Origin: Octopus vulgaris | Taxonomy: Eukaryota | Direction: 5' to 3' | DNA: 64,000 bases | Assembly (NCBI GenBank): GCA_951406725.2 | Contig: OX597814.1 | Span: forward strand, 196,540,001-196,604,000 | Shown here: piece by piece, positions 39,464-53,401 of the stretch | Position numbering within the stretch: the stretch's first letter is position 1 | Layout of the letters: the number at the start of each line of letters is the position of its first letter | Notes under the pieces: generated by a model | The model's database searches: none | The model's input: only the letters and a program-made list of their open reading frames with translations | Told to the model about the DNA's origin: nothing | Made by a program: the position numbers and the translations under genes

Positions 39464-39989
39464 GAGTGATAGAGCAGTGCATACCATCAAAGTGACACTG
39501 GGGTAAAATACACGGAGCCCAGTATACCCATCACGACTACCCGTCTGATAAGGGTACTCTAGGCACATGCATCGCAACCATGTGTGCGCGACATGGTGAT
39601 CTCATATCAAGATAAACAGCACATGCCCTTGCAAGTGGGGCCCAGTTAGAATTTTTTCTGGTCGAGTAACCCATCCCGCTCAAAAGGTCACTGAATAAGG
39701 ATTCTTTGAGGATGTTGAACGAACCACCCATGTATCCAAAGGTGAGTTATCCGAACCTCCAAGAATTCCTCTCAACACACGGTTATGATGCTCCCCCACT
39801 ACTTCTGCTTGTGGTCAGAGATGCACATATCGTCAGCCACTAAGGGACATGCTCAACTGGTTAAGGTCAAACAACTAACAAGCAAATCTGTGGTACTGAG
39901 CTGAATATTTGCTGTAGCCCATCTTTTATACCAAGACAAAATAATGTACATGATAACACTTCCAATCAGTTAAGATCAGAAGCCACGAG

Positions 39990-40032
<43 letters not shown>

Positions 40033-40460
40033 GCATTTCTAATCCTATTATTCTTATTCAGTGTCATCACACGTGGTACTGTTCAGATTCCTAAAAGTAT
40101 TATTATCGGTTACGTAAATATTTCTCAAGTTATTATCATTTGTGTTATTACATAAATTTACATTAACGCAACTATCTCGGATTATATCATTAGGTGTTAT
40201 GCAACTAATGTCTAATGGTTGCCAATGGGATACCTGGGGAATCACCGGCAGTTCATTATCTTCATTACTATTAACCATGTTATCTATGTTGTTACTGGCT
40301 AAATCAGGGTTCTCAGGGCTGTCATTGGTATTATTGATATTTACAAACTTACGGTTCTTAGAATTGTTACTAGGGGCTAATTTGCTATCATCATTATAAA
40401 TATTACTTTCACGGGCTGGCGTAATATTTTCTCTATTGAAGCGAGCTATAAGTTATACCT
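39062..40460 (-). pseudogene. Penelope-like element relic: Asn-rich linker + GIY-YIG domain, split by an insertion
   Basis: CSLSGQCLAGNIVYKYTILTENNNFIYIG*...KRLNNHLSFFR...STSLSTKIWEL...CRLCCMKLYEIF. The frame continues upstream at 40030-40440. Confidence 0.8.
39437..40032 (-). mobile_element. About 530-bp element inserted in a (TAA)n microsatellite, possibly a Dong/R4-type 3' end or non-autonomous derivative
   Basis: Unique sequence 39464-39990 bounded on both sides by (TTA)n. Family assignment inferred from the target only. Confidence 0.55.
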
Positions 40461-40569
40461 AAGTTAGGAAGGGTGGAGTAGGTTAATCAAACTTTTATAC
40501 AGGAGAAAATTGTGCTTTATTGATGTGATGCTGGAAAGATTTTCTGTAAAATCGTAAGTAATTTTCTAT

Positions 40570-40790
40570 AGTGGAGGCGCGTGGTTTAGGGGTTAGGGTG
40601 TCAGCATCATGATGGTAAGATTGTGGTTTCGATTCCTGGACGTTGTATTCTTGAGCAAAACAGCTCATTTCATGTTGCTTCAGTCCACTCAGCTGGCAAA
40701 AATGAGTAACGCTGCGATGGACTGAGGTCCCATCCACCTGGGGAACACATACGCCATTGATAGCCTGGCTATCGTTCAAAAGGGCACATA
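40570..40790 (+). mobile_element. SINE family D (tRNA-like head, V-domain-like tail)
   Basis: GTGGAGGCGCGTGGTTTAGGGGTTAGG head; GTAACGCTGCGATGGACTG...CATACGCCAT tail shared with 45840-45948. Confidence 0.7.
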
Positions 40791-40954
40791 TATTTTTTAT
40801 TTTAATTTTCTATATGTTAGTGGATATTGCGCAATTGAAAGGAAGATAGTACTACACTATACCTTTATCCTTAGTATGCTAATGCTTATGAAAGCGGACA
40901 CTATAGTCGTTCTGTTATCTCTCGAGTTACTAGATAGATTATTAATACCGCTAT

Positions 40955-41302
40955 TACGCGCGGTCGTAGAATCGCGGTTTCGATTCCCAGACCGAGCCTT
41001 GTGAGTGTTTATTGAGCAAAAACACCTAAAGCTCCGCGAATTTCCGGCAAGGGGTGGTGGTGGCGCACCCTCTGTACCCTTTCACCACGACTTTCTCTCA
41101 CTCTTTCTTCCTGTTTCTTTTGTACCTGTATTTCAAAGAGTCAGCTTTGTCGCACTCTGTGTCAAGCTGAATCTCCCCAAGAACTACGTCAAGGGCACAC
41201 GTGTCTGTGGAGTGCTCAGCCACTTGCACGTTAATTTCACGAGCAGGCTGTTCCGTTGATCGGATCAACTGGAACCCTCATTGTCTGAACCGACGGAGTC
41301 CT
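40955..41302 (+). mobile_element. SINE family C, 5' truncated
   Basis: Homology to the other C copies. Confidence 0.85.
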
Positions 41303-41905
41303 ACAATTGCTAGTACTAAATCTGTTCATACCGTTCATGTCTTCTCTAATACTATACATACAAACTATCAGTCTATTCTTAATATCTGTTTTATTATTGT
41401 TATATTTTTACTCTTGCTTCTGATATGATTATTATGTACATTTTTATGAGTGCTATATGCCACGTAAATCGAATTATTGGTTTTGTTTCGGCTATCATTA
41501 TTATTATTATTATTATATTTAGCGGATTTCACACTTTCTGAGTTAATGAGTACAATCTCCTGAATATATCCCTCCTTCGTTGAGACTTATACATCCCTGT
41601 TACTCATTTTTAATTTGCTCACCTACCTTGGAATCTACACTTCGGAAGTATTTGTAAAGTACCTTTATATGTAGAGTTTCATACTCACCTGATATTGTCT
41701 TAGTGTGCAAATAAGTTCTTCCTAACAAGGTGCTTCAATGTAAGTACATAATTCAACTGAATCCTAATTGCATTATATATATGTGCGTGTATGTGTATAT
41801 AAGCATATGTATACACACACACACATGTATGTATATATAAATATATATATACATACATATATATATATATAATAAGAGTAGTAGTAGTAGTTGTAGTAGT
41901 AGTTC

Positions 41906-41967
<62 letters not shown>

Positions 41968-42090
41968 ATAATAGTAATAGTAATAATAATAATAATAATA
42001 ATCATTATAATAATAATAATAATATCATTAGAGAATATCATTCCAAACTTACAGGGAACAATTCACTTTAGAAATACGAAATCAAATTTC

Positions 42091-42161
<71 letters not shown>

Positions 42162-42309
42162 TAGAAAAAAACTGTTACCAATTCCATAATGAAAAATTAA
42201 ATTATACCATTTAGAAAAATTACATCTTATAGAAAGATTAAATATAAGATAAAACATATAACAATGATTAAGTAAAGTGCAAAATAATAAATAAAACTTA
42301 TATATATAC

Positions 42310-42357
<48 letters not shown>

Positions 42358-43131
42358 GCGTGTGTGTGTGTGTATATATATATACGTTAGGAAAAGGTGC
42401 GCTATATCACTGTTTCAGCTCCAGTCAAGTGTAACGAACTCCTGCATGCATACCCATTCCCCTTTTCACAATCAATATAATTTAGCACAAATCATTTTGA
42501 ATCATGATTTTCTCTTGAAATATGTGCGTTTATATATATACATATATCATATGTATTTATATGTGTATATATGTGTGTGCTTGTGTCTGTGTGTGTGTTG
42601 AACAATTGATCAATTTTTTTTGTTTTTTGTTTTCTGGTACCTTTTCTTTGAGAGAATACAATAATTTTGGTTATACAATAATTGCACTCAGTATTCATGA
42701 TAAGTTCCTCTTTCCTGTCAAACAGTTGATATTTTAGACAGAAAAATATAAGAGAAAAAAAATTCTCATTGACAAGAACCCAATTACATTCAATATATTG
42801 GTTCGTAGCTTTATTATATCTCAATTGTGTGATACGTGAATGCTGGCAATTCTGAAATTCAATATTAACGATTTGGGGAAGGAAGTAAGGAAAGTATGCA
42901 ACATTGTTATAAATATTTTGAAGGACGAGGCCATGTATTATTGAATCGAAGTAGGTATATAGCTGGCACTTGATGACCCCACAAGAATCTGGTGACAATT
43001 GAATGGTATCATTGATTCAAGACTTTTCGAATTTTGACGGAACTGAATCGAAGGGCGCTACTCGCAACAAATAAGTTATTCAGAAACAAAACAGTAACAA
43101 CAACATCAACAACAACAGCTATAATTATAAT

Positions 43132-43494
43132 GTGGAAACACTCCGTCGGTTACGACGACGAGGGTTCCGGCTGATCCGAATCAACGGAACAGCCTGTTCG
43201 TGAAATTAACGTGTAAGTGGCTGAGCACTCCACAGACACGTGTACCCTTAACGGAGTTCTCGGGGATATTCAGCGTGACACAGAGAGTGACAAGGCCGGC
43301 CCTTTGAAATACAGGTACAACAGAAACAGGCAGTAAGAGTGAGAGAACGTTGTGGTGAAAGAGTACAGCAGGGATCACCACCATCCCCTGCCGGAGCCTC
43401 GTGGAGCTTTAGGTGTTTTCGCACAATAAACACTCACAACGCCCGGTCTGGGAATCGAAACCGCGATCCTAACCACTGGGCCATTGCGCCTCCA
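43132..43494 (-). mobile_element. SINE family C, full length
   Basis: 13-bp TSD CTATAATTATAAT at 43119-43131 and 43495-43507. Confidence 0.92.
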
Positions 43495-44818
43495 CTATAA
43501 TTATAATAATCAACGTGACAATAATGATAATTGTTATTATTATTATTTCAATTTTTTTTTTGCCACAAGGGCAGATTGAGGGAGGTGAGCAGTTGTCGAT
43601 TACATCGATCCAAGTGTTCAAATGGTACTTGTTCTATCGACCGCGAACGGATGACACGCAAAGTCGACCTCGGCCGTATTTGAACTCAGAACGTAGTAAG
43701 GGGCAAAAGCTAAGCATTTCCTCCCAGTGTGCTAACGATTCTGCCAGCTTGCCACATTTCATTTAAGACGGAAATATTAAGGGTAAGAAGTATTTTGCAG
43801 ATAATAGCCCACAAATTATGTTATGTCAGTTGATTTGAATACGAAGATCTCTCTTTATAAAATGTTATTCAAAAACGGATGAACTCTATTAAAACAACAT
43901 TATGGGAATTTTCAACGAATGCGTACACTATTGTGAAAAAAAAAAGTCTTTTAAATGACGAATGCGTAGACTAATGTAAGAATACTTTATTCGAAGAAAT
44001 CCATTGTAACGATAATCAAGGTCTTTAAAGTAATATATCATTATCTTTAAAGATAATAGTATATCATAGAGATGATATACTATTTTGCACGGAAGAATAT
44101 CCGAGGGAAACGAAGCCTATGTTAGGATGACAACAGGTCAACATCTGCCGTGTAATATCACATACTTGAAGAATAATTATACGGAAGTATATATTTTATA
44201 TGAAGGATATATAGAAATAGTATTTTATTTATATTTCAGGATCAAATTTCTTTGATTGTGCCATATTATGTCTGTTTATTGGCTTCACGCACACTATATT
44301 TATTAAATGTTTACACATGGGAATGAAGTCTACATATTGTTTGATGAACTCGATTATCGGATTTTGTTTTTTTCAATAATAGATCTTGCGCCGTCGGGTA
44401 ATATCATACGAGCTGCTATCAGACAAAACCTCCAGAGAACACTTTATGACAGATTCCACTCAATCAAAGCAGTAACTTCACAAAACCTATCACCAAACCC
44501 ATTAGAATAAATATAAACCCTTCTTCTATCGGAGAAGAGTGCTCGTAAATACATTAGCAGAAGAGAGAATTCGGAATTCGTGCAATTATTCATTTAAACA
44601 AACAACTTATTACTTTTGTTTTCCTATAATTTATCAAACATATTTCGGACCGAAAGTTGTGAGCAAATGGAGAAATGGCGATTATATTATATATTAGCTT
44701 ACAAATCATTGTATAATAAATAATATTACATGAGAGAACGCTTGGAAATAAATGATAATCATTTGATATAAATTCACCGAAAAGCGTTGTAAAATACGTA
44801 GCATAAACAATAACCACA

Positions 44819-44897
<79 letters not shown>

Positions 44898-45654
44898 CGT
44901 ACATCTATCTATCTATCTATCTATATATCTATCTATCTATATATATATATATATATACGTACATAATATTGTATAATGTATATATATTATATCATATTAC
45001 ATTATATTATATGATATTATATTATAATGTATATATAATCATAGATTGTAAGACCAGTAATTCATCATATTGTTAGCAAGGCAACACATCACATATCTGT
45101 TGAACATCTAAATTGTAAATATTGATATAATGCCGGCGATATCATATAAATTATAGGAATATTGAAATTCGGGACCCTTTAAGTACACGGAAAACAGAAA
45201 CAAAAGTTTCCATGCTATATTTTCCACATGTAATTCACTTGCGATGCCAGATTTACTATAATCGGAAGATATATAAATTATTCTGTAGACTTGGTAGCAT
45301 TCTGTTAATGAAACGAAAATAGAAGTCCCGCCATATACGCTATATTTATAGATCCATTTACATTGCAGCCACACTCACGACCATAAACGACCCTCATACG
45401 CACATTTGTTTCAAATTTTGGTACACGAGCAGCAAGTTTAAGGGTAGAGGGTTAGTTGATTACATCGGCCCCAATACTCAACTGGTACTTGATTTATTGT
45501 TTCTGAATAGCGTAACGATAAAATGACCACGTTGGATATTGAACTCGATATATACCCAGGGAGCAAGAAGAAATATTGGTTGACAATGTTTTCGGGGTTC
45601 TAAGGATTTTGTTTGATCCTTTTATTTTTTAATAATTAACCTATGATCTTTTAT

Positions 45655-45956
45655 TAGTGGAGGCACAATGGCCCAGTGGTTAGGGAAGCGGACTCGCGGT
45701 TTCGATTCCCAGACCGGGCGTTGTTTGTGTTTATTGAGCGAAAACACCTAAAAGCTCCACGAGGCTTCTGGAGGCGGTAGTAGTGACCCCTGTTGTACTC
45801 TTTCGCCACAACTTTCTCTCACTCTCTCTTCCTGTTTCTTGGGTAACGCTGCAATGGACTGGTGTCCCGTCCAGGTGGGGGGAACATATACGCCATACAA
45901 ACCGGGAAAGCGGGCCCATGAGCCTGGCTAGGCTTGAAAAGGGCGACGTTTATCGT
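45655..45956 (+). mobile_element. SINE with family C head and family D-type tail
   Basis: 13-bp TSD TATGATCTTTTAT at 45642-45654 and 45957-45969. Module switch near 45840. Confidence 0.88.
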
Positions 45957-46727
45957 TATGATCTTTTATCGATTAGTCTGATTCTGCTATTTTTTATTAA
46001 GTAGTCTATAATTAATATTCATATTGAACGTCGTATGAATTTTTTCTAGCATGTAAAAACTGCTATGTTGCAAGACATAACAACAGAATAGGAAGGCAAA
46101 CACGAGGATACGCATACATGTCTATATATCGGATCATTGATAATCCGAGTTAAGTCTTTGTAAGCACGTTAATCGTATATGTGGATGAGCTACGAGAAAA
46201 ACCTAACGAGAAAACATAACTACGAAATACTAAATGAATGTAATTAAGTCGTGAAGAAAAACAAGAATGATAAATAGATGTTTCGCGTAGCTGTCATTTG
46301 TCAAGTTACGTGGAAGAAGAAGAAAGGGGAGCAAAAAACTGGAAAGAAAATAACCACTGTAGGATCATAGGATCTACTGGAATATTCGACACGGAGTGAG
46401 TGAAGTGTTTTCTGCAGATAAGACCCAACTCGCATGGGCTAAGTAATATATGTTGGATGAGGTTTATTTGATGTGTGCGTTTATATATTTGCTTATGTGT
46501 GTAACGAAGAACACAAGTGTATGTCGCAATTGCTGAGTGCTGACGTGTGTTATATTAGGGATTTAACATGTGTTACTTCGGTTTATAAAGTTTGAAACCC
46601 TGAGAGGTATGAACACGGCATCATATTACATGGTGTGTGGTAGTGGGTGTGCGTGTGTGTGTGTATATAACCACGTGAATCGTTGGCAATTTTCTTCCTC
46701 CGTCTTCCCTACTATTGGACTTTCCTC

Positions 46728-46765
46728 TGCTTCCGAAGAAGGGTATCTATTCGAAACGTTAAAAC
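46728..46765 (+). ncRNA. Minimal hammerhead-like motif
   Basis: TT CCGAAGA A GGGTA-tc-TATTC GAAAC GTT AA. Confidence 0.5.
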
Positions 46766-47004
46766 ATTTTTCTTTCCTTCTACGGTGGGTAGACGAGCAA
46801 ACACAAACACACACACACACACACAGACACACAGGCAGACAGACAGACACACACACACAATCGCAGACACACAAACACACACACACACACAGACACACAG
46901 GCAGACAGACAGACACACACACACAATCGCAGACACACAAATACACACACACACACACACACATGCGGTTATCAACGAATTTCCGTATGTATATACAATA
47001 TATA

Positions 47005-47327
47005 TTTTTTTGTTCCTTCTCGAGCCATGCCTGGATCATAAAGGCCGGTTTCCTTATGAGCCATGCCTGGATCATAAGGGCCGGCATATAGCTTCCCCAC
47101 CTGGACGGGAAGCCGCTCCGTCGGAGGTGAGCTGCAAGATGTAGGAGGAAAGACAGAGAGAAAGTTGTGTCGAAAGAGTAAGCAGAAGTTCGCCATCACC
47201 TACTGCCGGAGCCGCGCGGAACTTAGGTTTAGCTTATAAACACGCACATCTCCAGGTCTGAGATTCGAACCCGCGATCCCTGGATCGCGAGTTCGTTGCT
47301 CTAACCACTATGCCATATGCCTCCACA
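47005..47327 (-). mobile_element. SINE family E (C-related head, V-like domain, about 36-bp duplicated tail)
   Basis: Minus strand GTGGAGGCATATGGCATAGTGGTTAGAGC...GGTTCGAATC head; CCCGTCCAGGTGGGG; GAGCCATGCCTGGATCATAA occurs twice. Confidence 0.75.
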
Positions 47328-47346
47328 TATGATATTATATGGTAAT

Positions 47347-47723
47347 CTTTTACTCTTTTACTTGTTTCAGTCATTTGACTGCGGCCATGCTGGAGCACCG
47401 CCTTTAGTCGAGCAAATCGACCCCGGGACTTATTCTTTGTAAGCCCAGTACTTATTCTATCGGTCTCTTTTTGCCGAACCGCTAAGTGACGGGGACGTAA
47501 ACACACCAGCATCGGTTGTCAAGCAATGCTAGGGGGACAAACACAGACACACAAACATACACACACATACATATATATATACATATATACGACGGGCTTC
47601 TTTCAGTTTCCGTCTACCAAATCCACTCACAAGACATTGGTCGGCCCGGAGCTATAGCAGAAGACACTTGCCCAAGATGCCACGCAGTGGGACTGAACCC
47701 GGAACCATGTGGTTGGTAAGCAA
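47347..47723 (-). mobile_element. SINE family A, young, slightly 5' truncated
   Basis: Near-identical to 31268-31688 in reverse complement. Confidence 0.92.
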
Positions 47724-48805
47724 GGAGCTTTGTATAACACACAATAAGGTTTTTACCTACATGATATTATATGAATACACACACATATGTATGTGTGTAC
47801 GTGTGTATGTATGTATGTATGTATGTATGTATGTATGTATGTATGTATGTATGTATGTATGTATGTATGTGTGTGTGTATAAATATATATATATATATAT
47901 ATGAGTGTGTAATGGGCTCTCATGAGATTTCCCTCTATAAAATGTCGTATGGTTGTCCCAGCGTATGGTACAAAACAATTTCCCATGTTGCTGCGCATTG
48001 AAACTCGACTGAACACCACGTGATTGCAAAGTATGCTTTTCAATCACACAGCATTCTTGCACGTCGATCTATTTCTAAGATGAAGTAAACCACTTAATTA
48101 ATTATTGTTTTTTTTTTCTCAATCTCAAAAAACATTTAATCAACACTTTCTATAATCTATTTATGCCATTTTAATTTAACACCTTCTCCCAGCGTTACTC
48201 TATCCGTTATTTCTTCGCAGCTCTTGACCACGCATTACTGTTTCATTAGATCGCTAGTGTTACATTTAGAAGCAACTTTATATTAATATCAACACAGTCT
48301 TATTCAAATATATTAATTTTGTTTGTTCAGACGCCCCTCCCGATCGATTTGCTCTAATGATAACTAATACTCTATGAACTATAAAATTTAATGTGATATA
48401 TATTTTACATACTACTAGAAATATTCAAGGCGTATTCAGGGTCCTCAGGTTAACGCGGCCTCCAAAAACATTCCCCAAAAATAAAATACATTTAGCGTCA
48501 TTGTTGCTTCTGATTTACCAGTCAAATAAGGCGGCGAACTGGCAGAAACGTTTGCACACCGGGCGAAACGCTTAACCGTATTTCGTCTGTCTGAGTTCAA
48601 ATTCCGCCGCAGTCCAATTTGTTGCTCATCTTTTCGGGGTTGATAAATTAAGTACCAGTTTAGTACTGGAGTCGATCTAATCGACTGGCCGTCTCCCCAC
48701 AAATTTCGTGCCATGTGCCTCGAGAAAAAAAAGAGAGAGTAAAAAACATTTGCAACAAACAAAATTCATTTTCCTCCATTGTTGCTTCTGAGATACCAGT
48801 CAAAC

Positions 48806-49207
48806 AAGGCGGCAAGCTGGCAGAATCGTTAGCACGCCGGGCGAAATGCTTAGCGGTATTTCGTCTGCTGTTACGTTCTCAGTTCAAATTCCGCCGAGGT
48901 CAACTTTGCCTTTCATCCTTTCGGGGTCGATAAATTAAATACCAGTTACGCACTGGGGTCGATATAATCGACTTAATCCGTTTGTCTGTCCTTGTTTGTC
49001 CTCTCTGTGTTTAGCCCCTTGTGGGTAGTAAAGAAATAAGTATTTCGTCTGTCTTACGCTCTGAGTTCAAATTCCACCGAGGTCGACTATGCCTTTCATC
49101 CTTTCGGAGTCGATAAATTAAGTACTAGTTGCAGACTGGGGTCGATCTAATTGACTGGCCCTCTACACGCAAAATTTCGGTCCTGTGTTTAGAATAGAAA
49201 AGAATAT
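48806..49207 (+). mobile_element. B1 nested in B2 (a solo B2 copy lies at 48529-48730)
   Basis: B1 tail AAAGAAATA joined to AGTATTTCGTC at 49039-49049, followed by B2 body and tail. Confidence 0.9.
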
Positions 49208-49444
49208 ACCACTTGAATTTTTGTTGATATTTTTTCCTCCAATTCTTTTTAATAACATAACACTTGCACCACAGCAATCACATACTGATTCCCTTTGTTG
49301 GGGTCAAATTTATATAGGCGTTGCCGAATCCATAAAGTTTTTATTCGTTGGCTTTTTTGCCAATAATGACGTGCTAATTTTTTGTGTTTATTTTAGGCGT
49401 CCATGATTAATCTGCCATTTTTGTGTATAGAAGCAGTCATAATG

Positions 49445-49920
49445 AATTCAAATTTTGGTAACAGACCAGTAATTTCAGAGGAAGGAGTAAGTCGATTACA
49501 TCGACCCCAGTGCGTAACTGGTATTTATTTAATCGAATCCGAAAGGATGAAAGGCAAAGTCTAACTGGGCGAAATCTGAACAAAGAACATGAAAAGAAAA
49601 AAAAACGTACTCACAAAAAGCCACTAAGCATTTCATACGTTGCGCTAACGTTTCTTATTTCTTTGTTGCCTACAAGGGGCTAAACATAGAGGGGACAAAC
49701 AAGGACAGACAAAGGGATTAAGTCGACTATATCGACCCCAGTGCGGAACTGGTATTTATTTAATCGACCCCAGTGCGTAACTGGTACTTATTTAATCGAC
49801 CCCGAATGGATAAAAGCCAAAGTCGACCTCCGCGGAATTTGAACTCAGAACGTAACGGCAGACGAAATATTGCTAAGCATTTCGCCCGGCGTGCTAACGT
49901 TTCTGGCAGGTCGCCGCCTT
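49445..49920 (-). mobile_element. B1 nested in an older B-type copy
   Basis: B1 tail GGCAACAAAGAAATA joined to AGAAACGTTAGC at 49655-49644. Confidence 0.85.
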
Positions 49921-50372
49921 AACAGCAGTTATATTAGACATATTAGTCGCTTAGACTCGCTATACGTTTACGACAAGGAGCAATTGCAAGATATCATACC
50001 GCTTACACCAAACAAAATTTATATAAAGCAATACTAGAATATCAAAAACTGTTTTAGAAAATTCATCGCAAAACTAGAAGTTACTACAGTATAAAAGTTA
50101 AAACAAAACCCTCGGGGGAAAACTTTTCGACAATTCGAACAGAAAGCAAAGCAGATGCCAAATCTATTCCATTTCTTGAGGACCTGACTGTGAAGGTCTG
50201 GAAACTTGAAGTTTCGTTTTGGGAAGTTTAATATTTCAAAATAAGAAGCAAGAAACTGATTAAAAAATTATGAAAACTCTGTGATGATAAAAGGGAAACT
50301 TGAAAATAAGTTTATCTTTAATGAAACACATAGACACATACATACATACAAATATGTGGGTGTGCATGAATG

Positions 50373-50405
<33 letters not shown>

Positions 50406-50442
50406 ATATATATATATATATATATATCTATATCTATCTATC

Positions 50443-50565
<123 letters not shown>

Positions 50566-50684
50566 AATTAAATAATGAGGGAAGGATTTGATATCAAACA
50601 ATTAACATCAATTTAAACCAGTGGTCTGTCTTTAGCATATAGGGATCCACGTTAGTGGTCATTCCTCTTATTAATTGTAATTAC

Positions 50685-50736
<52 letters not shown>

Positions 50737-51234
50737 TGTGTGTGTGTGTGTGTATAGAGAGAGGAAGAAAGAGCTGAGAGACAGAAAGAGACAAAATCAC
50801 ACAATTTGGGAACACATATATATTCCAAACCAAATCAAAAACAAAAAAATCGGTAAAGACAGAGTGGTAATATTTTAGGGGTCCTCTACATCGTTGCAGA
50901 TATACCATGGTTGTTATTTATAAGGATAGTACGGCGGCCAGGTGAAATATTTAGTGGTATTTCGTCTGTCTTTATGTTCTGAGTTCAAATTCCGCCTTTC
51001 ATTCTATCGGGATCGATAAAGTAAGTACCAGTCGAATACTGGGGTCGATCTAATAGACTGACTCCACTCCCCAAATTTCGCGCCTTGTGCCTAGAGTAGA
51101 AGAGAATATGTGAGGACAGCTGAGTTATCGTGGTCGGTGATAGTATCATGTAATCATTGGACTTTGTTCGACTAAAAGCGGTGCTCCAGCGTGGACGCAG
51201 TCAAATGACTGAAACAAATAAAAGAATATATATA

Positions 51235-51556
51235 TATAAAAAAGAAGTTTGAAAACGCCACTATATAAGATAAATTTTAATCTTCTTAGAAATTTTACGT
51301 TTCGGTTCTTCTTGAAAAAAACGAACCTTATCAAAAATATTTTAAAAAGTTAAGTGTAATAAAAATGTTCGTAATTGTTTCTTACTGGTAAAAACAACCA
51401 CGTGGATTTTGTTGAGACCAGTAAGAAACAATTATGAACTTTTTTATTACACTTAACTTTTTAAAATATTTTTGATATGGTTCGTTTTTTCAAGAAGAAC
51501 CGAAACATGTAAAATAAGAAAATTAAAATTTATCGTTTTCAAACTGCTTTTTTATA
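51235..51556. mobile_element. Foldback/MITE-like palindrome, about 160-bp arms
   Basis: TATAAAAAAGAAGTTTGAAAACG ... CGTTTTCAAACTGCTTTTTTATA, centre near CCACGTGG at about 51402. Confidence 0.9.
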
Positions 51557-51587
51557 AGTATATACCCACTCGTTTACGATCTACACT

Positions 51588-51646
<59 letters not shown>

Positions 51647-51825
51647 TCAGTCATTTGACTGCAGCCATGCTGGAGCACCGCCTTTAGTCGAGCAAATCGA
51701 CCCCGGGACTTATTCTTTGTAAGCCCAGTACTTATTCTATCGGTCTCTTTTGCCGAACCGCAAAGTGACGGGGACGTAAACACACCAGCATCGGTTGTCA
51801 AACGATGCTAGGGGGACTAACACAG

Positions 51826-51867
<42 letters not shown>

Positions 51868-51903
51868 CCAAACACACGCGCACATACCAATGCACACACA
51901 CTC

Positions 51904-51936
<33 letters not shown>

Positions 51937-53401
51937 TATATAGCGAGAGCGAGAGAAAGATAGAGATGGTTGTATATCTATGTCCACAATTGCTTACGCA
52001 CAGACGCACATACACATATATATCTGTGCTTGTGTGTTTGTGTGTTTGTAAGATATTATACTCTGATGACTCTGATAACTTTTATTATTAAGCTTAGATT
52101 TAAACAAATATTCACAATGATTATTAAATGTATAATATATGTTGATGCATATTATACTTTCTACACATCATCGCTGAAGCTTTATACGTAATTCTGTACT
52201 GAATAATCAGGTGGAATATTATTAATACGACTTCCATCTTGGCTGACTTGCATTTTATATATATATTAATATACTATTGCTATATTTTTTTTATGTCAAG
52301 ATATGAATTTAATTTTAATTCCAATATTGGAATTGATATTAAAATAACATTTTATCAATTCATTTAGAACTCTTTCTTAATATTTCTGTTATTGCTCCAT
52401 AATACGTGGTTACGTTATTTATTTCTTAATTTTTTGTTTATTACCAGTCTAATCCATTTGTCGTGTTTACATTTATTTAGTTTTAACTTCGTGTTTTCCA
52501 AATGTTATTTTTTTTTAATTCATACTTACAATTAAAATATTTCAAGATATCATCTAGGAATTAGTTTGCTATTATTTCCTTGTTTTCCACCATCCGCGGG
52601 GGTTGGTACTTGATTATAATATCTTTGGTACAAATTATTTTTATAATATATAACAAATAATTTTTATATATATCTACCTATGAACAATGTTTGTTACTGT
52701 GTCTATACGTATATTATTTCATAACCACCTCTAAGAATTATTATGTATCCTTATAACACACGACATACGATATTCTATGCTGAGCTGGCAGAACTACTAG
52801 ATCATATGACAATGTCTACCGTCATTCATTTCAATGTTCTAAGTTCAATTTCTTCCAAGGCAATTTACCTTTTATTCGAGGTTCGTCAAAATAAACTAGC
52901 ATCTGTTCAGGTATATAAGTCGGCATGGTATCTAATGTAAACATGTAGCGTAAATATTAATACATTGTCACTATCATTTCAAGTTCTGTTACACTTCACA
53001 TGGAAATTTTGATCCACCGATAGCCTCTTAGTTTATATGCCTTTTTTAGATGAAAGTATTGGATGTAGCCTCTTAGTTTAACCTGCCTTTCTTGGACGTA
53101 CGTATTGTCTCAAAAATTCGACTTGTATACCGGAAACTATGATATATAGCAAATACTTGATGGATTTAATTGACTAGACGACAGATCTTGAGTTGATGCT
53201 TTTACGTTTGAATAGTATCGAATTATAGTACAAGGCCAGCAGTATATTAATTATATCGTTCCTAATACTCAACTGGTACTTATCTAATGTAACTTCGAAA
53301 AGACGAAAGGCAAATTTTAACTCAGAACGAAAAGAACCGAAAGACATTCTTCTATGCGCTTTATCCGATGCCACCTTCACTACAGGCCTATATTAGAAAC
53401 A

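Noticed and set aside
41495-41760. Possible old Dong/R4 3' end with (AAT)n tail on the minus strand
   Set aside because: Only a faint IQEIVLI-like trace; too decayed to call.
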